Assembly (NCBI GenBank): GCA_041736895.1
Contig: JBGSSS010000210.1
Coordinates: 7,169-71,168 of the forward strand
Direction: 5' to 3'
Length of the DNA: 64,000 nucleotides
Source of the DNA: Pirellulales bacterium
GTDB lineage: Bacteria; Planctomycetota; Planctomycetia; Pirellulales; JALHPA01
Part shown: in pieces, positions 22,934 to 31,417 of the stretch
Layout of the letters: every line of letters starts with the position of its first letter
How positions within the stretch are numbered: position 1 is the stretch's first letter
Program-made: the position numbers and the translations under genes
Notes under the pieces: generated by a model
The model's input: the letters and a program-made list of their open reading frames with translations, nothing else
Databases searched by the model: none
What the model was told of the DNA's origin: nothing

Positions 22934-25900
22934 ATGCCTCCGTCCCGTCCCGCTTGGCTGTGGTGGATGTTTGCTGGCACGATTGTGCTGAGCGCGTTTC
23001 TGCTCTTCTTGGTCCAGCCATTGATCGCCAAGATTCTCTTGCCCTGGTTCGGCGGGTCGACCGGCGTGTGGGCGACGTGTGTCGTCTTCTTTCAGGTCAT
23101 GCTTGTCTTTGGCTACGCTTACGCGCATGCGCTGACCACATACTTGACACCGAAGCAACAAATGCTGACGCATCTGGCATTGCTCGGGCTCGCGGTCCTT
23201 GCCGCCGGATGGTCGATCATGCCCGGCGATTCGTGGCGGCCCGAGAATAGTGATCTGCCGATTCTCAAATTGGGCTTGCTGCTGTTGCGTTATGTGGGGC
23301 TGCCGTATTTCGCGCTGGCGACGACGGGTCCGCTGGTCCAGGCTTGGTTCGCGCGATTGTTTCCGGGCAAGACGCCGTACCGGTTGTACGCGCTGTCGAA
23401 CTTCGGCTCGCTGGCGTCGCTGCTCCTGTTTCCGACGGTGTTCGAGCAGTTTTTTGGCCTGCGCTTGATGTCGACGGGGTGGTCGTTGCTGTTTGCGATG
23501 TTCGCGGCGTTGGCTGCGGGCGTGGCGTACTTGACCTGGCGTGAAGCGCCGCATCCTATTTCAGCAGTTCCAGCCTCAGCAACTGATGTTGTAGAAGAAC
23601 AAAACAGCAAGGGACAAAATCGCAAGCAAGTCAAACTCAAGCGGAATGAACTTCCAACTTCCGAAGCCGCCGCCGAACCGACTTGGGGCAGTTATCTGCT
23701 CTGGCTTGCGCTGCCGGCGTTTGCGTCGTACATGCTCGTCGCCGGCACGAATCACCTCTGCCAGGACGTCGCCTCGGTGCCGTTCTTGTGGGTGATGCCG
23801 CTGAGTTTGTATTTGATTTCGTTCATCATTTGCTTCGATCACGAGTATTGGTATCAGCGGCTGGTCTTCGCGGCGATCGCCTTGGCCGGGTTGTACATGT
23901 CGGCCGGCATGTACCAACTCGATTTCGAGCCGACGCTTTCCCAAGGGCTGCTGGTGCGCGGCACATGGCCCGTCACTCGGCCGCTGTATGAATCCATGGA
24001 TTGGTACAATCACCCCACCCGCAAGCACGAGATTCCGAATTATCAACAATGGCTTGCGGAGTTGGAGAAAACGAAAAAAGAGCAGCATGACAAGACGCCC
24101 CTGGTACAAGCCGACTTGCCTGCGATGTATCAAGATTATGTCAAAGTGAAAGATCAGGAGCGGTACGATGCTTGGCTGGCCGCAGAAAAAGAAGTCGACC
24201 CGCTCGTGAAGGCGAACCTTGAAAGCACGGAGTACATCAAAAAAAAGTACAAAGCCTGGCTCCAGCAACGCGCAAATATCAATTGGCTCGAGAATGAACA
24301 ACACGTCCCGCTGCTCAACGTCAATTTCATCGGCCAGATTCTCGCCCACTGCGTTGGGCTGTTTGGGTTGTTCATGATCTGCCACGGGGAACTGACGCGG
24401 CGCAAACCGCCGGCGCGCTACTTGACGTCGTTTTATATGATGATCGCGATCGGCGGCGCCATCGGCGGCGCGCTGGTCAGTTTGGCCGCGCCGTTTGTGT
24501 TCGATACCTATGCCGAGTGGTTCCTCGGTCTGATCTTGGCGCTGCTCTTGGTGGGCGGGCTGTTGTTGGATCAACCCGGCGGCGAATGGTACAAGTCGCG
24601 GTTCTTTTGCCTCGCGCTCCCCGCCGCGCTGGTTTCTCTCTATGTGATCTGGAAAATTTCCAACCTGCCCGAAGAGTACCTGAATTGGGCTGACCCCGAG
24701 GCGTATCAGAAGTATCTCGAAGAGAAAAAAGGAGTCGCCGCGCTCAAAGAGGTTTCTTTGCCCGAGGGAAAACTCTTCGGACTGCATTACGCGTTGCCCT
24801 TGATGGGACTGCTCTTTGCGATTATCGGCATCGGATTTTATGCGTTATGGGAGCGCGCCTGGCAGCGCGACAAACTGCGCTTCTGGGTCGTCAATTTGTC
24901 CATGTTGCTCTTGGTATGTTTTGCGGTTTGGGATGGCTTGAATTTTCTGGAACTAATCAGAGATGCCGAGGGTCAGGAAAAAGCGAATTGGAGCCTATAC
25001 AAAGACCTGCCCCCGATCCCGTTTGATTCCGACGAATCCTACCAGCAACTGATGGCCAGCGCTCGCGAAATCCGGAGCCAAAACACGAATGGTGCTGAAG
25101 AAGACGAGGACGACCCCTTCTATGAAAAGAAGATCTTCCAAGGCCGCAACTTCTACGGCGCTCTCTCGGTCCATGAACAGATTCACCTGATTAATCCCGA
25201 ATACAGTTTTCGCTATCTAATGCACGGGCGAATTCTACATGGAAATCAGTTCCTCGAAGGGCCGTTGCGTTATCAGCCGACGAGCTATTACCCGACCGAT
25301 AGCGGGGTAGGGTTGGCCATCGGGCATTTTGGCCGGACGAATAAGCTGGAGCTCGATGAGGTCAAGTTTGGCAACCCAAACTATGTTGCCTATGCCGCGT
25401 TTATCGCCAGTAAGATCGGTTTCACCAGCAAGTTAAGCCTTGTTGTGAAGTCGCCGGCTTTCACAGCGATGTTTATCGCTAACAATGTGTGTCTCGCCAG
25501 CAAAGTCAGTTTCTTTTTTTACGAATCTCAACGGAACATCAATCTGGATCTCGAAAAATTTTTAGCCGAGTCTGCGGCGCCTGCCTCTTATGCCGCGTAT
25601 ATCGCCAGCAATGTTGGTCTCGCCAGTAGGCTTGGTCTCGCGGCCAGCGAAGCTCGCCGGGATCGCAAGCTGAGTCTCGAAGAATTCAAAGTCATGTTCT
25701 TGAAGCCTGCCACCTATGGTGCGTTCCTGACTACCAACATCGGCCTTGCCATCGCGGATAAGATGCACATCGGCGCGATTGGGCTTGGCACTGGCACAAT
25801 TGCTGCTTATGGCAAACAGCCCGGCCAGCAATTCACGATCTACGAAATTAATCCGCTCGTCGAGCAACTCAGCGCGACGGATGACGGCTTTTTCAAGTAC

Positions 25901-26440
25901 ATTTCCGATGCCAAAAAGCAGTTTGGCTGTCTGGTCAAGATCGTGCTGGGCGACGCGCGGCTACAGATGCAACTCGAAGCGGATGCCGGAATCAAGCGCA
26001 ACTTCGACGTGTTGGTCGTCGACGCGTTCAGCGGCGACTCGATCCCGACACACTTGCTAACGCGCGAGGCGATGGATACTTATGTCAAGCACATGCGCTC
26101 CGACCAATCGATCATCGCGATTCATATTACGAACCGCTACTTGAATCTGCGGCCCGTCTGCCGCGGCCTGGCCGAATACGCCAAGCTCGACGGTTGCATC
26201 GTGCGCAATGAGCGCAAGGATAACGGCTGTTCGCCGTCAACCTGGGTGCTGCTCACGAACAATCGCGTGTTCCTTGATCAAACAGTACCAAGTGTTGGAT
26301 TTAATTACGGCCCCCTCTTCAACAAGAAAATCGACCGCATCCTCTGGACGGACGATTTCACGACGCTGATCAATATCCTGCACGGCACGGGAGGCAAACC
26401 CGAGGAAGATTCTGAAGACGAAGCCGTCGAGGATGATTGA
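22934..26440 (+). CDS. fused polytopic membrane / spermidine-synthase-like (class I methyltransferase fold) protein
   Basis: N-terminus LFLVQPLIAKILLPWFGGSTGVWATCVVFFQ and many TM helices. C-terminal IGLGTGTIAAYG...VLVVDAFSGDSIPTHLLT spermidine-synthase-like motifs. ATG at 22934 directly after a heptamer array. Confidence 0.8.
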   Translation: MPPSRPAWLWWMFAGTIVLSAFLLFLVQPLIAKILLPWFGGSTGVWATCVVFFQVMLVFGYAYAHALTTYLTPKQQMLTHLALLGLAVLAAGWSIMPGDSWRPENSDLPILKLGLLLLRYVGLPYFALATTGPLVQAWFARLFPGKTPYRLYALSNFGSLASLLLFPTVFEQFFGLRLMSTGWSLLFAMFAALAAGVAYLTWREAPHPISAVPASATDVVEEQNSKGQNRKQVKLKRNELPTSEAAAEPTWGSYLLWLALPAFASYMLVAGTNHLCQDVASVPFLWVMPLSLYLISFIICFDHEYWYQRLVFAAIALAGLYMSAGMYQLDFEPTLSQGLLVRGTWPVTRPLYESMDWYNHPTRKHEIPNYQQWLAELEKTKKEQHDKTPLVQADLPAMYQDYVKVKDQERYDAWLAAEKEVDPLVKANLESTEYIKKKYKAWLQQRANINWLENEQHVPLLNVNFIGQILAHCVGLFGLFMICHGELTRRKPPARYLTSFYMMIAIGGAIGGALVSLAAPFVFDTYAEWFLGLILALLLVGGLLLDQPGGEWYKSRFFCLALPAALVSLYVIWKISNLPEEYLNWADPEAYQKYLEEKKGVAALKEVSLPEGKLFGLHYALPLMGLLFAIIGIGFYALWERAWQRDKLRFWVVNLSMLLLVCFAVWDGLNFLELIRDAEGQEKANWSLYKDLPPIPFDSDESYQQLMASAREIRSQNTNGAEEDEDDPFYEKKIFQGRNFYGALSVHEQIHLINPEYSFRYLMHGRILHGNQFLEGPLRYQPTSYYPTDSGVGLAIGHFGRTNKLELDEVKFGNPNYVAYAAFIASKIGFTSKLSLVVKSPAFTAMFIANNVCLASKVSFFFYESQRNINLDLEKFLAESAAPASYAAYIASNVGLASRLGLAASEARRDRKLSLEEFKVMFLKPATYGAFLTTNIGLAIADKMHIGAIGLGTGTIAAYGKQPGQQFTIYEINPLVEQLSATDDGFFKYISDAKKQFGCLVKIVLGDARLQMQLEADAGIKRNFDVLVVDAFSGDSIPTHLLTREAMDTYVKHMRSDQSIIAIHITNRYLNLRPVCRGLAEYAKLDGCIVRNERKDNGCSPSTWVLLTNNRVFLDQTVPSVGFNYGPLFNKKIDRILWTDDFTTLINILHGTGGKPEEDSEDEAVEDD

Positions 26441-26446
26441 AAAAAT

Positions 26447-26514
26447 GGATAATTGACAATTGATTATTGACAATGTGCGAGACACTTGCATTGTCCATTG
26501 TCCATTATCAATTC
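26447..26514. repeat. inverted AT-rich heptamer arrays (hairpin-forming), 3' of the fur-family gene
   Basis: GGATAATT GACAATT GATTATT GACAATG, then a 13-nt loop, then CATTGTC CATTGTC CATTATC AATTC. Between convergent stops at 26440 and 26523. Confidence 0.8.
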
Positions 26515-26522
26515 GATTGCGG

Positions 26523-26969
26523 TTACTTCGGACAACTCCCGCAGTGCCCCTTGAGCAGCACCTCGGTCACTTCGAGCTTCTTCGCCGCTTTGTTCGTCGG
26601 CTTGATCGCGACGTTGACGTCCTCCAGGCACGTCACCTCGCCGCAATCGACGCAGACAAAGTGCGGGTGCTCGAGCGTGCCATCTTGATTTGGCCGCTTG
26701 AGTTCAAACCGATAAAGATGATCGCCGAGTTCGATCCGCGAGACAAGACCCGCGTCCGAGAGCTCGATCAAGTTGCGATAGATCGTCGCGCGGTCAAAGC
26801 CCTTGGACTCGAGCGCGTCAGCCATTTGCGCATGGGTCAGCGGCGAAAGCGCATCGATCAGCATTTGCATGACCCAAAGCCGCGCGGCCGTCGAGCGCAG
26901 ACCCGCCTCGCGGAGTTTCTTGCGGACAATGTCCAGCGAAGGTTCGGCGGCAGCAGGAGGTTTGGGCAT
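26523..26969 (-). CDS. Fur family transcriptional regulator
   Basis: GLRSTAARLWVMQMLID...THAQMADAL...ATIYRNLIELSDAGLV winged helix; HPHFVCVDCG...CGSC metal sites. ATG at 26969; upstream codons are a translated repeat. Confidence 0.85.
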   Translation of the reverse strand: MPKPPAAAEPSLDIVRKKLREAGLRSTAARLWVMQMLIDALSPLTHAQMADALESKGFDRATIYRNLIELSDAGLVSRIELGDHLYRFELKRPNQDGTLEHPHFVCVDCGEVTCLEDVNVAIKPTNKAAKKLEVTEVLLKGHCGSCPK

Positions 26970-26974
26970 CGGGG

Positions 26975-27067
26975 CAATGGATAATTGATAATGGACAATT
27001 GACAATTAAAAACAGCAGCAGCGACAGCTTCCATCATTGTCCATTATCAATTGTCAATTATCAATTG
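26975..27067. repeat. inverted AT-rich heptamer arrays, 5' of the fur-family gene
   Basis: CAATG GATAATT GATAATG GACAATT GACAATT, then a 24-nt spacer, then CATCATTGTC CATTATC AATTGTC AATTATC AATTG. Begins 6 nt upstream of the fur-family ATG. Confidence 0.8.
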
Positions 27068-27079
27068 CTATCCCTTGCG

Positions 27080-28246
27080 TTAATTGGCCTCAACGGCCAG
27101 CGCTGCCGCATAATTCAGCAAATCGCCCCGTTCGCGGCAGAGGGACTTGAGCGTCCCAAAGTCCCGGGCTTGCTTGGATAGTTCCAAAAGCGTTGGGGCG
27201 AAGCCGCCGGTTCGTGTGCCGGGCGGCAAGAGTTTGGCCGACGCGGCGATTGCGTCGCTCCAACGGCCCAGCCGTTGCAACAGGACGATGTACGTCTCGG
27301 CCGCGCCGGTGCCGATCACCAATTGATCGTCGGTTTCAGCCCGCGCGTGAAAAAAGGCAAGTGCTTTGTCAACATCCTGCCCGAGTTGCGCATTGAAATA
27401 GAGCAGGTGCGTGGAGTAGGTTTGCTCGAACGGCGCATCGCCCTCGAATTGGAATTGCTTGGCGAGCTTCAACCCATAAGCGCAAAGATCCGCCAAGAGC
27501 GACAAGACGGTGGCGTCTTCGACGATCCGCCCGATGCGCACGACCGAGTTGAGGTGTGTCGTATCGACGTGATAGTTGTTGTCGCTAAAGAGCCAATCGC
27601 GTTCGGCAACGAGTTCCGCCAGGCTCGTGGCTTGCGCTTCGCGTCCTTCGCGGCGATGGATTTCGGACCGGAGATTGCGGCTGAGTTCCTTGTACAGATG
27701 ACGAACCAAGAGCTCGGCGCAGCGCTGTTGGTCACGCGGCGCTGCATTGGCTAGCTGACTGTCGTAGACGGTGATCGCGTTACAGGTTCCGTGCCACTCC
27801 AGCAACAACTCGAACCCATACGCGGGGTCGATTCGTTCTTGCAGCCCCAGTTCGATCAGATCCTCGGCCGTGTCGTCATCGACTTCGACAGCGCGCAGCG
27901 CGGCGGCCATTTCTTTTGTTGAACCCGTGGGGCGAAGGTACATCCACGCTTCGCGGAGCTTGCCCGCGGCGAGCATTTTCGCGCCGATTTCCTGACACGC
28001 GGCGAGGTACGCCTGTTCGACCTTGTCGCGTTGTTCGTTCGGCAACTCATCGAGCGAGCCGCTGCCGACGGGCGGCAAACCGAGCTTGACGCGCGCCTGC
28101 ATCAAGCGCGTGTCGAAGAGTTCATGCAGCCGATTTTCGCGCGCGAAATGATCGGCGAGTGCGGCGAGCATCCCCTCGACGCCGCCTTGCGTCAATGCTT
28201 GATCCAAAGCATCTAACGAGGCAGTCGGGCTAGTGGCAGTAGACAA
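27080..28246 (-). CDS. hypothetical protein (alpha-helical)
   Basis: Long ORF with coding-like composition. The only ATG (28426) lies beyond a dispersed palindromic repeat. In-frame TTG at 28246 is preceded by GAGGAG. No family recognised. Confidence 0.55.
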   Translation of the reverse strand: MSTATSPTASLDALDQALTQGGVEGMLAALADHFARENRLHELFDTRLMQARVKLGLPPVGSGSLDELPNEQRDKVEQAYLAACQEIGAKMLAAGKLREAWMYLRPTGSTKEMAAALRAVEVDDDTAEDLIELGLQERIDPAYGFELLLEWHGTCNAITVYDSQLANAAPRDQQRCAELLVRHLYKELSRNLRSEIHRREGREAQATSLAELVAERDWLFSDNNYHVDTTHLNSVVRIGRIVEDATVLSLLADLCAYGLKLAKQFQFEGDAPFEQTYSTHLLYFNAQLGQDVDKALAFFHARAETDDQLVIGTGAAETYIVLLQRLGRWSDAIAASAKLLPPGTRTGGFAPTLLELSKQARDFGTLKSLCRERGDLLNYAAALAVEAN

Positions 28247-28339
28247 AGCGGAGGCTCCTCGAAAAGTTTCCTCGCCAGGAAGTTGGCGAGGAATCTTTAT
28301 TTTAGATGCCCCGGTGAACTGATGATAGGGAGCAGTCTT

Positions 28340-28364
28340 CCAGTGCCACTGGCTCGGCCAGTGG
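28340..28364 (+). repeat. CCAGTGCCACTGGCTCGGCCAGTG palindromic repeat
   Basis: Second copy. Lies inside the ATG-initiated 5' extension of ORF 27080-28426. Confidence 0.6.
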
Positions 28365-28566
28365 AATTTTTCAAATGCCAAATGTTCCAGATGTTCACGA
28401 GATACTGCTCGCGAAAAGGACAACACTTGAAAGTGTTTCCTAGAATCAGGTGTTTCTCAGCCGACCGAAAAGACACTCGCCGCGGCGAGTGGCACGATTC
28501 GGGCGTTTCAGAATCATTGCTGATCAGTCTGAATCAGCAACATCAGCCCAATCAGTGTCCAATTCG

Positions 28567-28761
28567 CTAGCCCACGGCGTCGAAGCCGTCGCCTTTGCCG
28601 GCGGCTTTGCTGAGATTGGCCGCGGTTTGCAAGAGCTGCACCACGGCCGCACCCTGAGCTTTCGCCGCGTCTTGCTGCTTCTTCAAGAGCGCAATGCCGA
28701 TCTGCTGCGAGAGGGCATCAGACTGCGCCGACGAAACACTGCTAGCGGCACTGGTGGACAT
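28567..28761 (-). CDS. YjfB-family small protein (putative motility protein)
   Basis: 64 aa. SSAQSDALSQQIGIALLKKQQDAAKAQGAAVVQLL resembles the YjfB_motility pattern (S-Q..Q..V...LKK..D.Q...A..LL). Confidence 0.55.
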   Translation of the reverse strand: MSTSAASSVSSAQSDALSQQIGIALLKKQQDAAKAQGAAVVQLLQTAANLSKAAGKGDGFDAVG

Positions 28762-28981
28762 TGGTTTTTAGAAGCCCGCGGCGTGAGCCAGGGAGTGAAA
28801 TCAAAGTCAAAAGTCGAAAGGCAAAAGGAATGGTTTTCATTTTTCATCGGCCAAAGCCGCGGCGAGTCATGCGGCAAATCGTCCAAGTGACGGATCTTGC
28901 CGACGGTAACGATTACGCAGGCCATTGCGGACCAGCAGGGGATGATTTATCACACTGAGCAGCGGCTTGCATCGAAAATAC

Positions 28982-29008
28982 TCCCAGGGGAAAATCCCCT
29001 GGGCTTTG
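28982..29008 (-). repeat. CAAAGCCCAGGGG-N4-CCCCTGGGA palindromic repeat
   Basis: TCCCAGGGGAAAATCCCCTGGGCTTTG. Confidence 0.7.
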
Positions 29009-29026
29009 CAGGTTTCATTTCGCATT

Positions 29027-29061
29027 CCCCAACCCCCAATCCCGAATCCCCAACCCCCAAG
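29027..29061 (+). repeat. C-rich heptanucleotide tandem array (CCCCAAT type)
   Basis: CCCCAAC CCCCAAT CCCGAAT CCCCAAC CCCCAAG. Ends 6 nt before ATG 29068. Confidence 0.8.
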
Positions 29062-29067
29062 CAACCC

Positions 29068-29529
29068 ATGTCCCCCGAAACACAACTCACCGCTCTTGGC
29101 ATTACCCTCGCGATCCCCGGCAAGCCGGCCGGCGTTTACAAACCGGTTGTGCAGGTCGGCAACCTGCTGTACCTCAGCGGGCACGGGCCGATTCAGACCG
29201 ACGGCAAGGGACTCTGCGGCAAAGTTGGGGCGGACCTGACGCTGGAGCAAGGCAAAGAAGCCGCGCGGCTGACGGGCCTATCGCTGCTCGCGACGCTGCG
29301 AGCGTACCTCGGCTCGCTCGATCGCGTCGTGCGGATCGTCAAAACGCTCGGCCTGGTGAACAGCGCGCCGGACTTCACGCAACACCCTGGTGTGATCAAC
29401 GGCTGCAGCGAATTGCTTCGCGATGTCTTCGGCGAAGACGCAGGGATCGGCGCACGGAGTGCGTTCGGCGCTGCAGCGCTGCCAGCCGGTTGGGCGACGG
29501 AGATTGAGTTGATTGTGGAAGTCGCGTAG
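29068..29529 (+). CDS. RidA/YjgF family protein
   Basis: VGNLLYLSGHGP...GKVGADLTLEQGKEAARL...ARSAFGAAALPAGWATEIELIVEV. ATG at 29068 after a heptamer array. Confidence 0.85.
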   Translation: MSPETQLTALGITLAIPGKPAGVYKPVVQVGNLLYLSGHGPIQTDGKGLCGKVGADLTLEQGKEAARLTGLSLLATLRAYLGSLDRVVRIVKTLGLVNSAPDFTQHPGVINGCSELLRDVFGEDAGIGARSAFGAAALPAGWATEIELIVEVA

Positions 29530-29550
29530 CTCGTAGCCATTGCTACGAGC
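29526..29550 (+). repeat. GTAG-headed REP-like hairpin
   Basis: GTAGCTCGTAGCCATTGCTACGAGC. The TAG at 29527-29529 is the stop codon of the RidA-family gene. Confidence 0.6.
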
Positions 29551-29568
29551 GAGATGTATCCCGTGTGC

Positions 29569-31242
29569 TCAATCACGCTCTTCGTGGTTTGGCATCTGCG
29601 CGCGATCGAGAATGCCTTCGGCGACGCCCATCAGGGCGTGGATTCGTTGAGTGACGGCCCACCTAGTCTTCGAATCATCCTCTTGAATTTTTGCATCGCT
29701 GCCGATCTGCTTCGCCCACGAGATGGCTTCTTGAACATCGCCGTGGGCCGCATGCGCGCGGGCGAGCGCTTGGATAATCTCGCTATTGATGACTTCTTCA
29801 AAGCTATCCGCATACGGCTCCGTCGGTTTTAACTCAAGAGTTTGTGCCAAGGTCATGGCGGCATACGCCACATCCGCGGTTTTCAGCACGGAAGTCAAAT
29901 AAGATGAAGTAGAATACGCGGCTCCGTGACCATAATTGATACCCCAGGTCGTAGGGTTTTTGTAATCAAAGGGAATGGCTTTTTTCAGGCGAATCGTACC
30001 CCCCTCGGCGGAAGTTAATTCGATGGTTTTCGCCACCTGATCCGCCATTTGACGATTTCCCTGCTTGGCGCAACTGGTCGCGATTTTGAGCTTCGTCACG
30101 ACTTTGAGCGACCAATCACGCATCGAATCCGCTAATTTCGCGGCTTCGATAAACTGTTGTTTCTCGGTAAGTGCCGTGATGAGTTGTTCCAGAACGTCGT
30201 CGCTATTTTGTCTGTTATCTTTGGCGGTCTTCCAAGTCTGCATCGCCGCCGCTAGATCGTTGGCATGAATCTGGGCCAGCGCGATGGCAACGTGAATCCT
30301 TCCCCGTTCGTCAATGCCATTGTGTTGCGAAAGTTTTTTCGCTTCGTCAAAGAGGCCGGCTTCGACTTGACTCAAGGCAATCCGCTCCAGCGCATTGAGT
30401 TTATTTCGATCGTCGACATCCTTCTGAGCGTCGATCGCGCACTGGAAGAGTTTCTTCGCCCCGTTCGTATCGCCCAATTTCGCCGTGATCACGGCCGCTT
30501 CTTTCAGCGATATGATCTTAATCCAAGGGTCAAATTTCTCGCAGGTATCGCACAATTGGAGCAACGTCGCCTTGGCCGCTTCGGGCGAACTTGCGGTTTT
30601 TTGTGCTGCGGCGACATCAGAGAAGACCTGGGATATTGCGTAGCGACTATCCTCATCGGCCGGGATGGCGAGGGTCAGCTTCAAGTATGTTTTCACCGCG
30701 TCTTGATTGCAAGCTTTGACATAGGCAAGTGCCACGGCGCGGTAGCCCCGTGCGCGCCAGCTTCCAACCTGCAAGGATTCGCAAGCCTTTGCGGCTTGCT
30801 CTAGCTGGTCATTGGAAATTAGGGCCTCAATCCAACTCAACTGAATGCTGTCGCTTAAATGGTCCTCGCTCCAGCCATGCTTCGGATCCAAGAGCTTCAA
30901 GATTTCAATCGCGCGTTCGCGCTTGCCTTGTTGCGCAGTAAGCCTTGCAAACTTGACGATCAAGGCATTGGCTTGGTAGTTGTTTTTCAGGTTCCGGACA
31001 GTAGCAACAGCCCCTTCGAGATCCTGGCCTCGCGCTTGCAGGTTCGCGACTTGGCAAACGACGCGCTCGGTCCAGAAGTTTTGATTTTCTTCCTGAAGCA
31101 GCGCTATCTCGCGAGCCGTCTTGAGCAGTGAATGGACATCCGCTGCGGCAGCATCCGAGAGTTTTGGCGCTGGTTCGCCAGCGCTGCAGACGGCGAAGCT
31201 ACCCAGAATGAGCTGCAAGCCAATTGTCAAAGTAGCGCGCAT
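29569..31242 (-). CDS. hypothetical secreted helical-repeat protein
   Basis: Signal peptide MRATLTIGLQLILGSFAVCSA. Repetitive alpha-helical (TPR/ARM-like) composition. No specific family recognised. Confidence 0.65.
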   Translation of the reverse strand: MRATLTIGLQLILGSFAVCSAGEPAPKLSDAAAADVHSLLKTAREIALLQEENQNFWTERVVCQVANLQARGQDLEGAVATVRNLKNNYQANALIVKFARLTAQQGKRERAIEILKLLDPKHGWSEDHLSDSIQLSWIEALISNDQLEQAAKACESLQVGSWRARGYRAVALAYVKACNQDAVKTYLKLTLAIPADEDSRYAISQVFSDVAAAQKTASSPEAAKATLLQLCDTCEKFDPWIKIISLKEAAVITAKLGDTNGAKKLFQCAIDAQKDVDDRNKLNALERIALSQVEAGLFDEAKKLSQHNGIDERGRIHVAIALAQIHANDLAAAMQTWKTAKDNRQNSDDVLEQLITALTEKQQFIEAAKLADSMRDWSLKVVTKLKIATSCAKQGNRQMADQVAKTIELTSAEGGTIRLKKAIPFDYKNPTTWGINYGHGAAYSTSSYLTSVLKTADVAYAAMTLAQTLELKPTEPYADSFEEVINSEIIQALARAHAAHGDVQEAISWAKQIGSDAKIQEDDSKTRWAVTQRIHALMGVAEGILDRAQMPNHEERD

Positions 31243-31393
31243 TTTGATCGTCCATGATCGAGTCTCGAAGTCAGCAATACTTTTTGTTTAGCAGATATTG
31301 ATTTCGAGAGATACGCGAATTGCGGGTGAGTTCCTCAATAGGAGACCACCCAGACGATAACTCATGCTAGCAGATCAGGAACTTCCTCTTTTC

Positions 31394-31417
31394 GCTCGAA
31401 GCACGGCTTCGAGCTAC
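31394..31417 (-). repeat. GTAG-headed REP-like hairpin
   Basis: GCTCGAAGCACGGCTTCGAGCTAC (minus strand reads GTAGCTCGAAGC...). Contains the TAG stop of the PQQ-propeller gene (31414-31416). Confidence 0.6.

Noticed and set aside
26447-27067. Possible CRISPR array or tandem-repeat locus around the fur-family gene
   Set aside because: The repeat unit is only 7 nt, with no spacers of unique sequence. The arrays are arranged as inverted arms, and no cas genes are present. This is not a CRISPR.
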